The notes beneath the pieces are model-generated. The model saw only the letters and a list, made by a program, of their open reading frames with translations, searched no databases and was not told the origin of the DNA. This document shows, piece by piece, positions 41,501 through 54,819 of a stretch of DNA of 64,000 nt. Every line of letters begins with the position of its first letter. Within the stretch, counting starts at the first letter, position 1. Origin of the DNA: the human T2T-CHM13v2.0 reference genome, Homo sapiens; the NCBI RefSeq assembly GCF_009914755.1, contig NC_060933.1; one strand, given 5' to 3'. The position numbers and the translations under genes are program-made.

Positions 41501-42294
41501 CGAAGTTTCCTACTCTTCTTTCCCAGACTCAGAGAAGGAGGCAGAATCTGGCAATAGACAATGCACATCCTCCTCCTCCCCAGCTGCCCCACGCTCCTAC
41601 ACGAGGCAAGCATTGTGAGCCATCAAGGCCACTGACACTAGGTGAGGCCAAAGAGGCCTGGGTGAACTGCTCATCACCTATGGGGCATGTTCACCTGCAG
41701 CCACAGTACTGGTATGCTCAAAGACACAAAAGGCCCCAAAGATCCAGGAAAGTTTAGCATCGAAGAAAAGTAGATGTTAGAAAAATCCATGGAAAGCCAG
41801 GTTAAAAATTCTACTAAGGAGGATCGTTGACGGTTAGTGGAGTGCTAGAGTCAAGTATGGGAAGAAAAGAGGATGGTAGGAACCCGTCCTAAAGAATGTT
41901 TAATAATAGTTTATTGGAAAAGTAACTTTGGCATGGGACCAATAATTGAGGTTTAAAAGCATAGTGTACAAAAACAAAACAAAACATAGTGCACATGAGA
42001 ACGGAGACATGCTGGTAGAAAACAGGAAGTTCAGGCTTCTGAAATGAGACATCAGAACTGGTGAATTGTGTGTAAGTCAGGCTGGCAGCCAAAGAAACAG
42101 CCCGGGAAGGTTGTCGGGGGAGGGGGGAGATACTTAAGCTCCACCTTCCTCTCACCTGATTGGGCCTTGAGTGGCTGGGGGTGGGACTAAATTGGCAGAT
42201 GGGCATCAGCCTGGGTGTGTGGAAACCAACCCGAATATGATTTGAGGCAGATTCTCTCCCTCCTTCTTTCCCCCAGGTAGGCTATGTGCTCTAG

Positions 42295-42706
<412 letters not shown>

Positions 42707-45700
42707 TGCAAGAACTTCTCTCTACGTTAGCAAGAAACAAACACTTGAGAACTAAGTTACACTGCTGGAGGAACGATGAACGTCTCCTTACTGCCAATTA
42801 CGTTAACCTTCCCAATGACTTGTTTTCACTTTTTAAATAGAAGCTTGTTAAATTAAAAGAATGCTTTGCTAATAGTGGGATTATAGGAGAGAAGTTTTTT
42901 TGAGATTGTGGTGATGGGGCAGGAGCTGTGATGTAGATGGGGTCCCTTAAAACTATTTGTTCTTCTTGTTCAGATTTTGATTCAGCTCATGTCTGTCAAG
43001 CCTTTAATAAGCACCAAGTCCCAAGCTACTTGTCATCCTCCCCACCATGATCAAGGTCTAGAGGATAGAGGTGGTTTCTTGAAAGTGAGAAAATGTTTAT
43101 TTCATATTGATTTCAACAAGACTAAATTGGAAAAAAAACCCTCAACATCCTTTTAGTGATTTCTACAGTGCTGGGAATTACTGGCTTTTTAAGTCCTTGT
43201 TCTCTACTGTAGAAGCTGCCTACTCATTCCAATTGCCTGATGTTTGCTAATTAAGCATCGTTAAAGGAAGAAATTAACTCATTTGTTAAATGCCACCTAA
43301 GTTTCTCTGTATATTCAGAAAAAGCATTAAACCCAATCCTGAGATGGTAATTTCAACCTAATTCAAACTCTTGCTTGCTTTAGGGATCAAAATAGTTATG
43401 CTGCAGGTTTACTAATATCAACAGTGGCACTGACGACAATAACGAATGATGACCCTGACAATGATCATGATGCTGAACGCTGTTTGTTACTTTTTAAATC
43501 CTTTGTTTCAAAAACTACCAAAAATTCTCCACATTTTTAGAAATCTTGTATTGAAGCATCGTCATTAGTATAATTTCTGATCAAGTAAATCCATTGCTGA
43601 GATGTTTATGCAGTATTCTCTGTGCAGAAAATAATACATGAATATAGGTAAGAATCTGATACAGATATTCAGGATGAGACACTTTTTAATTGAGAAAAAT
43701 AATTGGACAGATTTTCATTCATTGCACATCTGTTTTCAAATCTATTTACTGTATTTGTCATCTCCCTTTCTCCTTTCATCTCCTTCTTCTCTCCATTGTC
43801 CTGCTTTTTTTTCTTTGGTTCTCCTCTCATCTTTCACTCTCCTTTTCAGCAAACAAATCAGGGAAAGAAACAGCTTCCTAGATAATGAATGGTATTTTAA
43901 ATCTGGTTTGTTTTCAGGGACTCTAGTCCTGACTTAATGTATCAAACGAAGCTCCAGGATTTAATCAAGAAAGGAGGCCATCAGGAAAAAGAAAATCAAC
44001 TCTGAAGCTTAGCTGAAAATAATTTGCATTTTGGGAGCTGTGCGTTAGGGATGTTTGGTCCAAGCTCTTTCATGGGGAGATAAAATGAAAATGATGTGCT
44101 TTATTACTTTGAAAGTCATACCCTTCTAATAACAGGGAGAATAGGAAGCTTTTCTGATTTATTCTGCTGAACCATCACTATCTGGAGTCATTTGCACTCA
44201 TGGACCATTGGGAGAACATTAATTGACCAAAAAGAGGCTGCTGTTATTGTCGAGGCAGCATTGTGTATCCTTCTGAAATGGCTGATCCTGACCTGGGCTC
44301 TTGACTTTGCCCCCTCAGACTCTAGCTTTTATGGGACTGGATGGATCTACTGCCAGAGGTCAAGTAGTGCCAGACTGAAAAGCTTTATCAATTCCAGAAC
44401 CTCACCGAGTACCTCCTACTAGGAAATTTGAATGTGAACACCTTGGTAACATCTCAACCACGCACTTGGGAGCTTTTGCCTATAATTCAAAGCAAACCGA
44501 AAAAGAAATTATTCCCACCATGTTGCAAAAATTGAAATGGAAAAAGAACTGTTGATTCTAATTCCTCAACCCAGGACTTCAGATGCCAATAATGATTGCA
44601 AAGAATAAACACCCACTGAGTGCATCTCAGAAACCGAATTGTTTTCTTGTTATTTAACATTTACAGTAGTAAGAGTGTGTTGGCACTGCTGGGCTCCTGT
44701 CAAGAGCCATTCCTGAAGTCCTCAGTGTTCCCACAGTGATGGCTGCACGTGTGAAAGGTTAGGAATCCAGGAATACTAACATGGAAAGTAAATTGTTCCT
44801 CCCGTTTCTTTTCTGTGCTGCCCTAGAAAGATCTTACACCTCTTGTCCTTTAAGGTAATAGCACTAGTTCCCATTCTTTTGGGTTCCATGTATATTAGGG
44901 CATCCACATCTACTGTTAAAAAAAAAGGAAGAAGGATTTTGAGGAAGAGCTTAAAGGAAAGGGGGTATTCAAAGAAGAAAATGCTTCAGGGCAATTGGGG
45001 GTTTCCTTCAGAGCAAAAGGGAGATTAGAGGAGAGGTGGGAGAGAGATAGAGAAGGATTTACCTGATGAATAACCCAGAACTTGGAAGTGATTCTGGGTA
45101 GGTCTCTCAAAACAGGAGAAAATTATTATATTTAAAAAGTGGGTGGCCCTTGAAGAAGAATCATTTGAAAATTCAGAAGCTACCTGGGTGCTGAATCATT
45201 GCTCTTCTCACTTCATTTTTGCAAGAATGAATAATTACACATTCGCCCCATTGCCTGTGCCGGGGAATGATGTAGTGAAGGACTTCATTTTGTTATATGC
45301 AGGACTGACCCTGGCTGTGCACTGGGGCATCTGCTGGCTCCTTCAAATTTATTCCTTATGCATATGACCCACCCTTTCCACACCCAACTTTGCTGACTAT
45401 GCATAAAGCCAAAAAAGGAAGGGGCCCTAGTTACCTGAGGTCTGTGTACGTATGGGAGAGTGAGGGGTAGAAGGAAACTTGGCCTCATCTCTATCTGGGG
45501 GCTGCTGAATGCTTATCACACCCACAAGGGAGGGTCAGTAGCTAATGACCCCCATGTTAAAAATGAAAAAACTGAAACCCTAGATTGTTAGCCCGTGACT
45601 TGCTTTACCTTTGCCTTCTGTTCAGGAGGGATTTAATTCTGCTTAAAGTAAATGGCAACCACATAACCTGCCATGTTTTTGGACCCCTTGGTCACCTAAT

Positions 45701-46148
45701 TTTCCCATTAGGCTTCAGCCCTGTTGGCACAATGAGGCTGGACGCTGAGAAGCCACAAGGGCCGGTGAGAGAGAATGGGAACCACAGTGAAATGTGCATT
45801 TTTGGGGAGACTCGATGGAGTGACCCAGAGCCAGCTTATTGCATCTTAGAAAGTTATAGGACAGAAAATTTATATCTTGTAGTTTAGTTTGAAAGTGGGG
45901 GAACAGACTATAAACTAGGAAAACAACGAAGTGCTTTTGAAAAAATATTTGCTGAACATCTTAAGGCATAGGTTTCTGAGCGTAGGGTCAGTGTTTTTAT
46001 TTCTTCCCAGATACTCTGCCTTTAAATGCAGATCTAGCGTCTGCTGTATGCCGTCTGAGACAAAGGTTAATTTCCAATGCTTGAATTATCCACACCACTT
46101 TCGGCCCTTATCCTGTAGGTGGAATTTGTGAAACATCCAAATAGTCAC

Positions 46149-46550
46149 TGTCAGGCCTCTGAGCCCAAGCTAAGCCATCATATCCCCCGTGACCTGCACA
46201 TATACATCCAGACGGCTTGAAGTAACTGAAGAATCACAAAAGAAGTGAAATTTAAATGGCCTGTTCCTGCCTTAACTGATGACATTACCTTGTGAAATTC
46301 CTTTTCCTGGCTCATCCTGGCTCAAAAATCTCCCCCACTGAGCACCTTGTGACCCCTACTCCTGCCCGCCAGAGAACAACCCCCCTTTGACTGTAATTTT
46401 CCTTTGCTTACCCAAATCTTATAAAACGGCCCCACTCCTATCTCCCTTCACTCTCTTTTCGGACTCAGCCCGCCTGCACCCAGGTGATTAAAAGCTTCAT
46501 TGCTCACACAAAGCCTGTTTGGTGGTCTCTTCACACGGACGCGAGTGAAG
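46149..46550 (+). promoter_or_regulatory. HERV-H 5' LTR (LTR7 family), 402 bp
   Basis: TGTCAGGCCTCTGAGCCCAAGC start; TATAAAA at 46420-46426; ATTAAA at 46487-46492; one copy of the ~51-bp U3 repeat. Confidence 0.95.
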
Positions 46551-46552
46551 TT

Positions 46553-46570
46553 TCGTGCCGTGACTCGGAT
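46553..46570 (+). other. Primer-binding site for tRNA-His (one mismatch)
   Basis: TCGTGCCGTGACTCGGAT versus canonical TGGTGCCGTGACTCGGAT, immediately after the 5' LTR. Confidence 0.92.
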
Positions 46571-46693
46571 CAGGGGACCTCCCTTGGGAGATCAATCCCC
46601 TGTCCTCCTGCTTTTTGCTCCATGAGAAAGATCCACCTACGACCTCGGGTCCTCAGACCGACCAGCCCAAGGAACATCTCAGCAATTTTAAAT

Positions 46694-46702
46694 CGGGTAA
46701 GC
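46694..46702 (+). other. HERV-H leader splice donor
   Basis: CGG|GTAAGC about 145 nt after the LTR, at the position of the known HERV-H major donor. Confidence 0.8.
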
Positions 46703-47004
46703 GGGCTTTTACTCTCTTCTCCAACCTCTCTTACTATCCCTCAACCTCTTTCTCCTTTCAATCTTGGCGCCACACTTCAATCTCACCCTTCTCTTAATTT
46801 CAGTTCCTTTCCTTTTCTGGTAGAGACAAAGGAGATGTGTTTTATCCCTGAACCCAAAACTCCGGCGCTGGTCACAGACTTGGGAAGACAGTCTTCCTTG
46901 GTGTTTAATTACGCTGGGATGCCTGCCTGATTATTCACCCGCGCTTCAGGGGTGTCTGACCACATGGGGACACCTGCCTTGTCCCTTCACCCTTAGTGCC
47001 AACT

Positions 47005-47232
47005 ACCGCTTTTCTGCGGGGCAAGAACCCCTCGACCCCTTCTCTCCGTCTCTACCCCTTTTCCACTTTTCTGGAGGGCAAGAAACCCCCAACCCCTTCT
47101 CTCCTGTCTCTACCCCTTTTCTGCTTTTCTGGAGGGCAAGAACCCCCCGACCCCTTCTCTCTGTGTCTCTACCCCTTCTCCACTTTCCTGCGGGGCAAGC
47201 ACTCCCCACCCCTTCTCTCCGCGTCTCTACTC
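47005..47232 (+). repeat. HERV-H leader tandem repeat, 4 copies of about 58 bp
   Basis: Repeated GGGCAAG...CCCCTTCTCT...GTCTCTAC units. Confidence 0.85.
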
Positions 47233-48133
47233 TCTCTTTTCTCTGGGCTTGCCTCCTTCACTATGGGCAGGCTTCCACCCTCCATTCCTCCTTCTCCCTT
47301 AGCCTGTGTTCTCAAGAACTTAAAACCTCTTCAACTCACACCTGACCTAAACCCAAACGCCTTATTTTCTTCTGCAATGCCGCTTGACAAACTCGACAGT
47401 GGTTCCAAATAGCCAGAAAATGGCACTTTCAATTTTTCCATCCTACAAGATCTAAATAATTCTTGTCCTAAAATAGGCAAACAGTCTGAGGTGCCTGACG
47501 TCCAGACATTCTTTTACACATTGTCCCCTCCCTAGTCTCTGTTCCCAGTGCGACTCGTCCCAAATCCTCCTCCCTTCCCTCTCACCTGTCCCCTCAGTCC
47601 CAACCCCAGGCGTCGCTGAGTCTTTCTAATCTTCCTTTTCTACAGACCCATCTGACCTCTCCCCTCCTCCCCAGGCTGCTCCTCGCCAGGCCGAGCTAGG
47701 TCCCAATTCTTCCTCAGCCTCCACTCCTCCACCCTGTAATCCTTTCATCACCTCCCTCCTCACACCCGGTCTGGGTTACAGTTTCGTGCCTTGACTGGCC
47801 CTCCCCCACCTGCCCAGCAATTTCCTCTTAAAAACATGGCTGGAGCTAAAGGCATAGTCAAGGTTAAAGCTCCTTTTTCTTTATCCGACCTCTCCCAAAT
47901 CAGTTAGCATTTAGGCTCTTTTTCATCAAATATAAAAATCCAGCCCAGTTCATGACTTGTTTGGCAGCAACCCTGAGACGCTTTACAGCCCTAGACCCTA
48001 AAAGGTCAAAAGGCCGTCTTATTCTCAATATACATTTTATTACCCAATCCGCTCTCGACTTTAAATAAAGCTCCAAAAATTAAATTCCGGCTCTCAAACC
48101 CCACAACAGGACTTAATTAACCTCGCTTTCAAG

Positions 48134-48370
48134 ATGTACAATAATAGAAAAAAGTTGCAATTCCTTGCCTCCACTGTGAGACAAACCCCAGCCACATCTC
48201 CAGCACACAAGAACTTCCAAACGCCTAAACCGCAGTGGCCAGGCGTTCCTCCAGGCCCGCCGCCCCCAGGAGCTTGCTACAAGTGCCAGAAATCTGGCCA
48301 CCAGGCCAAGGAATGCCCGCAGCCCGGGATTCCACCTAAGCCGCATCCCATCTGTGTGGGACCCCACTGA
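48134..48370 (+). pseudogene. gag: HERV-H gag C-terminal remnant (nucleocapsid zinc knuckle)
   Basis: CYKCQKSGHQAKEC fits CX2CX4HX4C; the second knuckle is degenerate and hits a stop; upstream gag is disrupted. Confidence 0.85.
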
Positions 48371-48499
48371 AAACTCGACTGTTCAACTCACCTGGCAGCC
48401 ACTCCCAGAGCCCCTGGAACTCCAGCCCAAGGCTCTCTGACTCCTTCTCAGATCTTCTCGGCTTAGCGGCTGAAGACTGACACTGCCTGATGGCCTCGG

Positions 48500-48800
48500 A
48501 AGCCCCCCTAGACCATCACGGACGCCGAGCTTTGGCTAACTCTCACAGTGGAAGGTAAGTCTATCCCCTTCTTAATCAATGCGGAGGCTACCCACGCCAC
48601 ATTACCTTCTTTTCAAGGGCCTGTTTCCCTCGCCTCCGTAACTGTTGTGGGTATTGACGGCCAGGCTTCTAAACCTCTTAAAACTCCCCAACTCTGGTGC
48701 TTAGACAATGATCTTTTAAGCACTCCTTTTTAGTTATCCCCACCTGCCCAGTTCCCTTATTAGGCCGAGACACTTTAATTATCTGCTTCCCTGACTATTC
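48500..48800 (+). pseudogene. pro: HERV-H protease remnant
   Basis: EGKSIPFLINAEATHATLP: the catalytic D-T-G motif is replaced by NAE; VVGIDG flap retained. Confidence 0.75.
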
Positions 48801-48939
48801 CTGGGCTACAGCCACACCTCACTGCCGCCTTTTCCCCCAGTTCAAAGCCTCCTTCACATCCTCCCCTTGTATTTCCCCACCTTAACCCACAAGTATAAGA
48901 CACCTCTACTCCCTCCTTAGCGACCGATCATGCACCCCT

Positions 48940-50860
48940 TACCATCCCATTAAAACGTAATCACCTTTACCCTGCTCAGTGCCAATATCCCATCCCACAG
49001 CATGCTTTGAAAGGATTAAAGCCTGTTATCACTCGCCTGCTACAGCATGGCCTTTTAAAGCCTATAACCTCCCCTTACAATTCCCCCATTTTACCTGTCC
49101 TAAAACCAGACGAGGCTTACAGGTTAGTTCAGGATCTGCACTTTATCAACCAGATTGTTTTGCCTATCCACCCCATGGTGCCAAACCCATATACTCTCCT
49201 ATCCTCAATACCTCCCTCCACAATCCATTATTCTGTTCTGGATCTCAAACATGCTTTCTTTACTATTCCTTTGCACCCTTCATCCCAGCCTCTCTTCGCT
49301 TTTCACTTGGACTGACCCTGACACCCATCAGGCTCAGCAAATTACCTGGGCCGTACTGCCGCAAGGCTTCACAGACAGCCCCCATTACTTCAGTCAAGCC
49401 CAAATTTCTTCCTCATCTGTTACCTATCTCGGCATAATTCTCATAAAAACACACGTGCTCTCCCTGCCGATGGTGTCCACTGATCTCTCAAACCCCAGCA
49501 CCTTCTACAAAACAACAACTCCTTTCTTCCTAGGCATGGTTAGATACTTTCAACTTTAGATACCTGGTTTTGCCATCCTAACAAAACTATTATATAAACT
49601 CACAAAAGGAAACCTAGCTGACCCCATAGATCCTAAATCCTGTCCCCACTCCTCTTTCCGTTCCTTGAAGACAGCTTTAGAGACTGCCGCCACCCTAGCT
49701 CTCCCTGACTCATCCCACCCCTTTTCATTACACACAGCTGAAGTGCAGGGCTGTGCAGTCGGAATTCTTACACAAGAACTGGGACCGCGCCCTGTAGCCT
49801 TTTTATCCAAACAACTTGACCTTACTGTTTTAGCCTAGCCCTCTACTCTGCGTGCAGTGGCCGCCACCGCCCTAATACTTTTAGAGCCCTTAAAATCACA
49901 AACTATGCTCAACTCACTCTCTACAGTTCTCATAACTTCCAAAATCTATTTTCTTCCTCACACCTGACACATATACTTTCTGCTCCCCGGCTCCTTCAGC
50001 TGTACTCACTCTTTGTTGAGTCTCCCATAATTACCATTGTTCCTGGCCCGGACTTCAATCCGGCCTCCCACATTATTCCTGATACCACACCTGACCCCCG
50101 TGACTGTATCTCTCTGATCCACCTGACATTCACTCCATTTCCCCATATTTCCTTCTTTCCTGTTCCTCACCCTAATCACACTTGGTTTATTGATGGCAGT
50201 TGCACCAGGCCTAATCGCCACACATCAGCAAAGGCAGGCTGTGCTATAGGACAAGCCACTAGCCCGCCTCTTAGAACCTCTCATTTCCTTTCCATCGTGG
50301 AAATCTATCCTCAAGGAAATAACTTCTCAGTGTTCCATCTGCTATTCTACTGCTCCTCAGGGATTATTCAGGCCCCCTCCCTTCCCTACACATCAAGCTC
50401 AGGGATTTGCCCCCACCCAGGACCAGCAAATGGGCTTTACTCAACATGCCCGGAGTCAGGAAACTAAAATACCTCTTGGTCTAGGTAGACACTTTCACTG
50501 GATAGGTAAAGGCCTTTCCCACAGGGTCTAAGAAGGCCACCACTGTCATTTCTTCCCTTCTGTCAGACATAATTCCTCGGTTTGGCCTTCCCACCTCTAT
50601 ACAGTCCTATAAGGGACCGGCCTTTATTAGTCAAATCACCCAAGCAGTTTCTCAGGCTCTTAGTATTCAGTGAACTAATGGTCTTTTAAAAAGACACCTC
50701 ACCAAGCTCAGCCACCAACTTAAAAAGGACTGGACAATACTTTTACCACCTTCCCTTCTCAGAATTCAGGCCTGTCCTCAGAATGCTACAAGGTACAGTC
50801 CATTTGAGCTCCTGTATAGACGCTCCTTTTTATTAGGCCCCAGTCTCATTCCAGACACCA
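48940..50860 (+). pseudogene. pol: HERV-H pol remnant (RT, connection/RNase H, integrase fragments)
   Basis: SPYNSPILPV, YRLVQDL, SVLDLKHAFFTIPL, then in another frame WAVLPQGFTDSP; joined directly to VTYLG so YxDD is missing; integrase-like blocks at about 50.45-50.83 kb; multiple stops and frameshifts. Confidence 0.9.
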
Positions 50861-51442
50861 GACCAACTTGGACTGTGCCCCCAAAAACTTGTCCTCGCTA
50901 CTATCTTCTGTCTGGTCATACTCCTATTCACCGTTCTCAACTACTCATAAATTCCCTGCTCTTGTTTACACTGCCAGTTTACACTGTTTCTCCAAGCCAT
51001 CACAGCTGATATCTCCTGGTGCTATCCCCAAACCGCCACTCTTAACTCTTAAAGTAAATAAATAATCTTTGCTGGCCAAGGCTATGCTGAACCTTCTAAG
51101 GCACTCTCTAATTAGATGTCCTAGGTCCTCCCAATTCTTAGTCCTTTAATACCTGTTCTCCTTCTCTTACTCCATTTACTTTTTCTATTCATACAAAACC
51201 GTGTCCAGGCCATCACCAATAATTCTAAATGACAAATGTTTCTTCCAACAACTCCACAATATCACCCCTTACCACAAAATCTTCCTTCAGCTTAATCTCT
51301 CCCACTCTAGGTTCCGACGCTGCCCCTAATCCCACTCGAAGCAGCCCTGAGAAATATCGCCCATTATCGCTCCATACCACCCCCAAAATTTTCACCGCCC
51401 CAACACTTCAACACTATTTTGTTTTATTTTTCTTATTAATAT

Positions 51443-51455
51443 AAGAAGACAGGAA
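51443..51455 (+). other. Polypurine tract
   Basis: AAGAAGACAGGAA immediately before the 3' LTR. Confidence 0.8.
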
Positions 51456-51963
51456 TGTCAGGCCTCTGAGCCCAAGCTAAGCCATCATATACCCTGTGAC
51501 CTACACGTATACATCCAGATGGCCTGAAGTAACTGAAGAATCACAAAAGAAGTGAAATTTAAATGACCTGTTCCTGCCTTAACTGATGACATTCCTCCAT
51601 AAAACAAGTGAAAATGGCCAGTCCCTGACTTAACTGATGACTTTGCACCACAAAAGAAGTGACAATGGCCGGTCGCTGCCTTAACCGATGACATTATCTT
51701 GTGAAATTCCTTCTCCTGGCTCATCCTGGCTAAAAAGCTTCCTCACTGAGCACCTTGTGACCCCCGATCCCTGCCCGCCAGAGAACAACCCCCCTTTGAC
51801 TGTAATTTTCCTTTACCTACCCAAATCTTATGAAACGGCCCCACCCCTATCTCCCTTTGTTGACTCTCTTTTCGGGCTCAGCCCGCCTGCACCCAGGTGA
51901 TTAAAAGCTTTTTTGCTCACACAAAGCCTGTTTGGTGGTCTCTTCACACCGACACGAGTGAAA
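51456..51963 (+). promoter_or_regulatory. HERV-H 3' LTR (LTR7 family), 508 bp
   Basis: Same termini as 5' LTR; three U3 repeat units starting at 51542, 51598 and 51649; TATA mutated to TATGAAA (51829-51835); ATTAAA at 51900-51905. Confidence 0.95.
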
Positions 51964-52809
51964 GTCACCTGTCCTGGAGCTAATGTACCTGCCCTGATGA
52001 GGGAGACAGGCAAAACAGGGTCCGCCCTCTTCCTGCATGCGAAGCCCTGAAAGTGTCACCAGGCAACTATTTGGAGAATGTGCGGGTGAGGGATCAGTGT
52101 TTTGACTCCTTTAGTTATTTCAACCAGAGCAGAAAAGAAGGACCCATGGCAACATCCAATTACAAGCATCTATGTTCTTATTTGAGACTGATGGCCATGC
52201 CTTTTCTCAATCTTTGATAGAAACATATTTCAAAAAGCAAGTACACAAAATTCTCCGTTTTAACAAAGAAACTTTAGAAATAGTGTAATTTTCCAAAATA
52301 ACTTTTCATCCCAGGAACTTTAAACATTGTGAAGTTTTTCTTCCGTAATCAGATAGGATGATAACTGGAATGAGCTCATAGCCTTATCTTTCCTTGCTCA
52401 TGAATAAAAGACAAAAGTCTGTTGATCTGTTGATCCAGTGGTTTCCATGTGGGGAGAAGAAAAATTCCTATATGGATATGTCAGGGAAGTAGGCCTTAGG
52501 ACTCCCTCCATCCCCATCCTGAAGACAATTCATTTAGTGCTAGAAAAATCACCTCATTGCCACCTCTGCACCTTGGGCTCTGGGTGCATAAATGCTCATA
52601 AAATTATTAGGATAAGCACTGATTCACTGTTAGGCTGAAGTTATAGAGCCAAATTTAATATCAGATTCAAGGTTTTTATTGCCAGGGTTCAAATGCTAAA
52701 GTCACATTCCACTTTCTGTTAATTTAGAGAAAAAAAATAAAACCTAGTATTTTCTACAAAGTTGGAGGAAGGAAACATTAGATATGGCCTAAGGCCTTTT
52801 TATCAAATG

Positions 52810-53370
52810 CAATTAGGCTCAGCTGAATATGGTAGAAAATCCAACATGGCTTAAGATAAGGGTTTTAATTTTTTCGCAGAAAAAGGATATCTAGGCAGGT
52901 AGGATGACTCGAAGCACAGAGTGGAAACCCAGATTCTTCTGTCTTTATGTTCTACAATACTTAGGGCTTGATTTCTACCCTGAAGGTCATATTCTAGTCA
53001 CAAAATAGCCACTGTGGCTCTAGCTAAACGCAGTGGTTCTCATAGTGTGGTCTCCAGACCAAGAGCCACAGCATCACCCGGGAACTCGTTAGAAAAGAAA
53101 ATACTCTGGCGGCACCTCAAACCAACTGCATCAGAAACTGCTGGGTGGGACTCACCGATTGGTGTTTTGAAAAAAGGTGCCCACCGCACCAGCTGAGGCA
53201 CCTCCCTTGAAAGCCCCACCAAATGACTTCCAGATACTTTTCCCTGCACCCTACCCCAGCCTTCCCAAACCTGGAGATGTTGGCTTCAGTTGGTCACATT
53301 GTCACCGACAATGTAGAGATTCTGTTAGTAAAGAGAAGCAGCAATAGACACTTGGTAAGCAACTAGCAGA
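52810..53370 (-). mobile_element. Old MLT1-type LTR fragment with MER5A insertion
   Basis: TAGGCTCAGCTG..., GGTCACATTGTCACC, GATTCTGTTAGTAAAGAGAAG...GGTAAGCAACTAGCA. Confidence 0.55.
53031..53175. mobile_element. MER5A fragment
   Basis: CAGTGGTTCTCATAGTGTGGTC...CAGCATCACCCGGGAACTCGTTAGAAA...CATCAGAAACT. Confidence 0.8.
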
Positions 53371-53411
53371 AGAATCATAGCAATAAAGTGCAGGGCTAGG
53401 CACATTTTCAT

Positions 53412-54371
<960 letters not shown>

Positions 54372-54652
54372 TCATTATTGTTTTGAAATCAGGTATATTG
54401 GTGGTCAAACAAATTATTTTGGTGGGTAAATTATCATATGCTTTCAACTTTCAATTTTTTACTGTGACAATAATATCAAATGCCTGTATAGATTATGTAT
54501 GACAAGATTTAATTCAACTGAGCAGGAACACTCAGTGGACCATTTATTAGTAACAGGAAATTCTTTAAGGTTCAGTAACATTTTCTCTATGTTGAGCATT
54601 TTATATTTTTCAAACATAGGAAAAGTGAATAATCAAACTCCTAGAAATTTCT

Positions 54653-54819
54653 CGTTTTAGCCTCGCTCTGTCACACAGGCTGGTGTGCAGTGGTGCAATC
54701 TCGGCTCACTGCAACCTCCACCTCCTGAGTGGCTGGTACTACAGGCATGAGACACCATGCCCAACTAATATTTTTGTATTTTTAGTAGCTACGGGGTTTT
54801 GCTGTGTTGGCCAGGCTGG
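54653..54819 (-). mobile_element. Atypical Alu fragment (nearly tail-less, internally deleted, 5'-truncated)
   Basis: CTCGCTCTGTCACACAGGCTGG...TGTTGGCCAGGCTGG between perfect 19-bp direct repeats CAAACTCCTAGAAATTTCT (54634-54652 / 54820-54838). Confidence 0.88.

Larger units (their letters stand above)
46149..51963 (+). mobile_element. HERV-H provirus, 5.8-kb internally deleted (RTVL-H2-like) form
   Basis: Two LTR7 copies, tRNA-His PBS, gag zinc knuckle, protease/RT/integrase remnants, polypurine tract, perfect 5-bp TSD GTCAC (46144-46148 / 51964-51968). Confidence 0.97.

Noticed and set aside
44022-44036. Octamer as a possible OCT4-SOX2 composite site
   Set aside because: No adjacent SOX half-site at the required spacing
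47005-47232. Regularly spaced repeats resembling a CRISPR array
   Set aside because: Contiguous tandem units without unique spacers, a normal part of the HERV-H leader; primate DNA with no cas genes
46484-47412. 148-aa and 138-aa ORFs in the HERV-H LTR and leader
   Set aside because: Non-ATG starts across non-coding, tandemly repeated leader sequence
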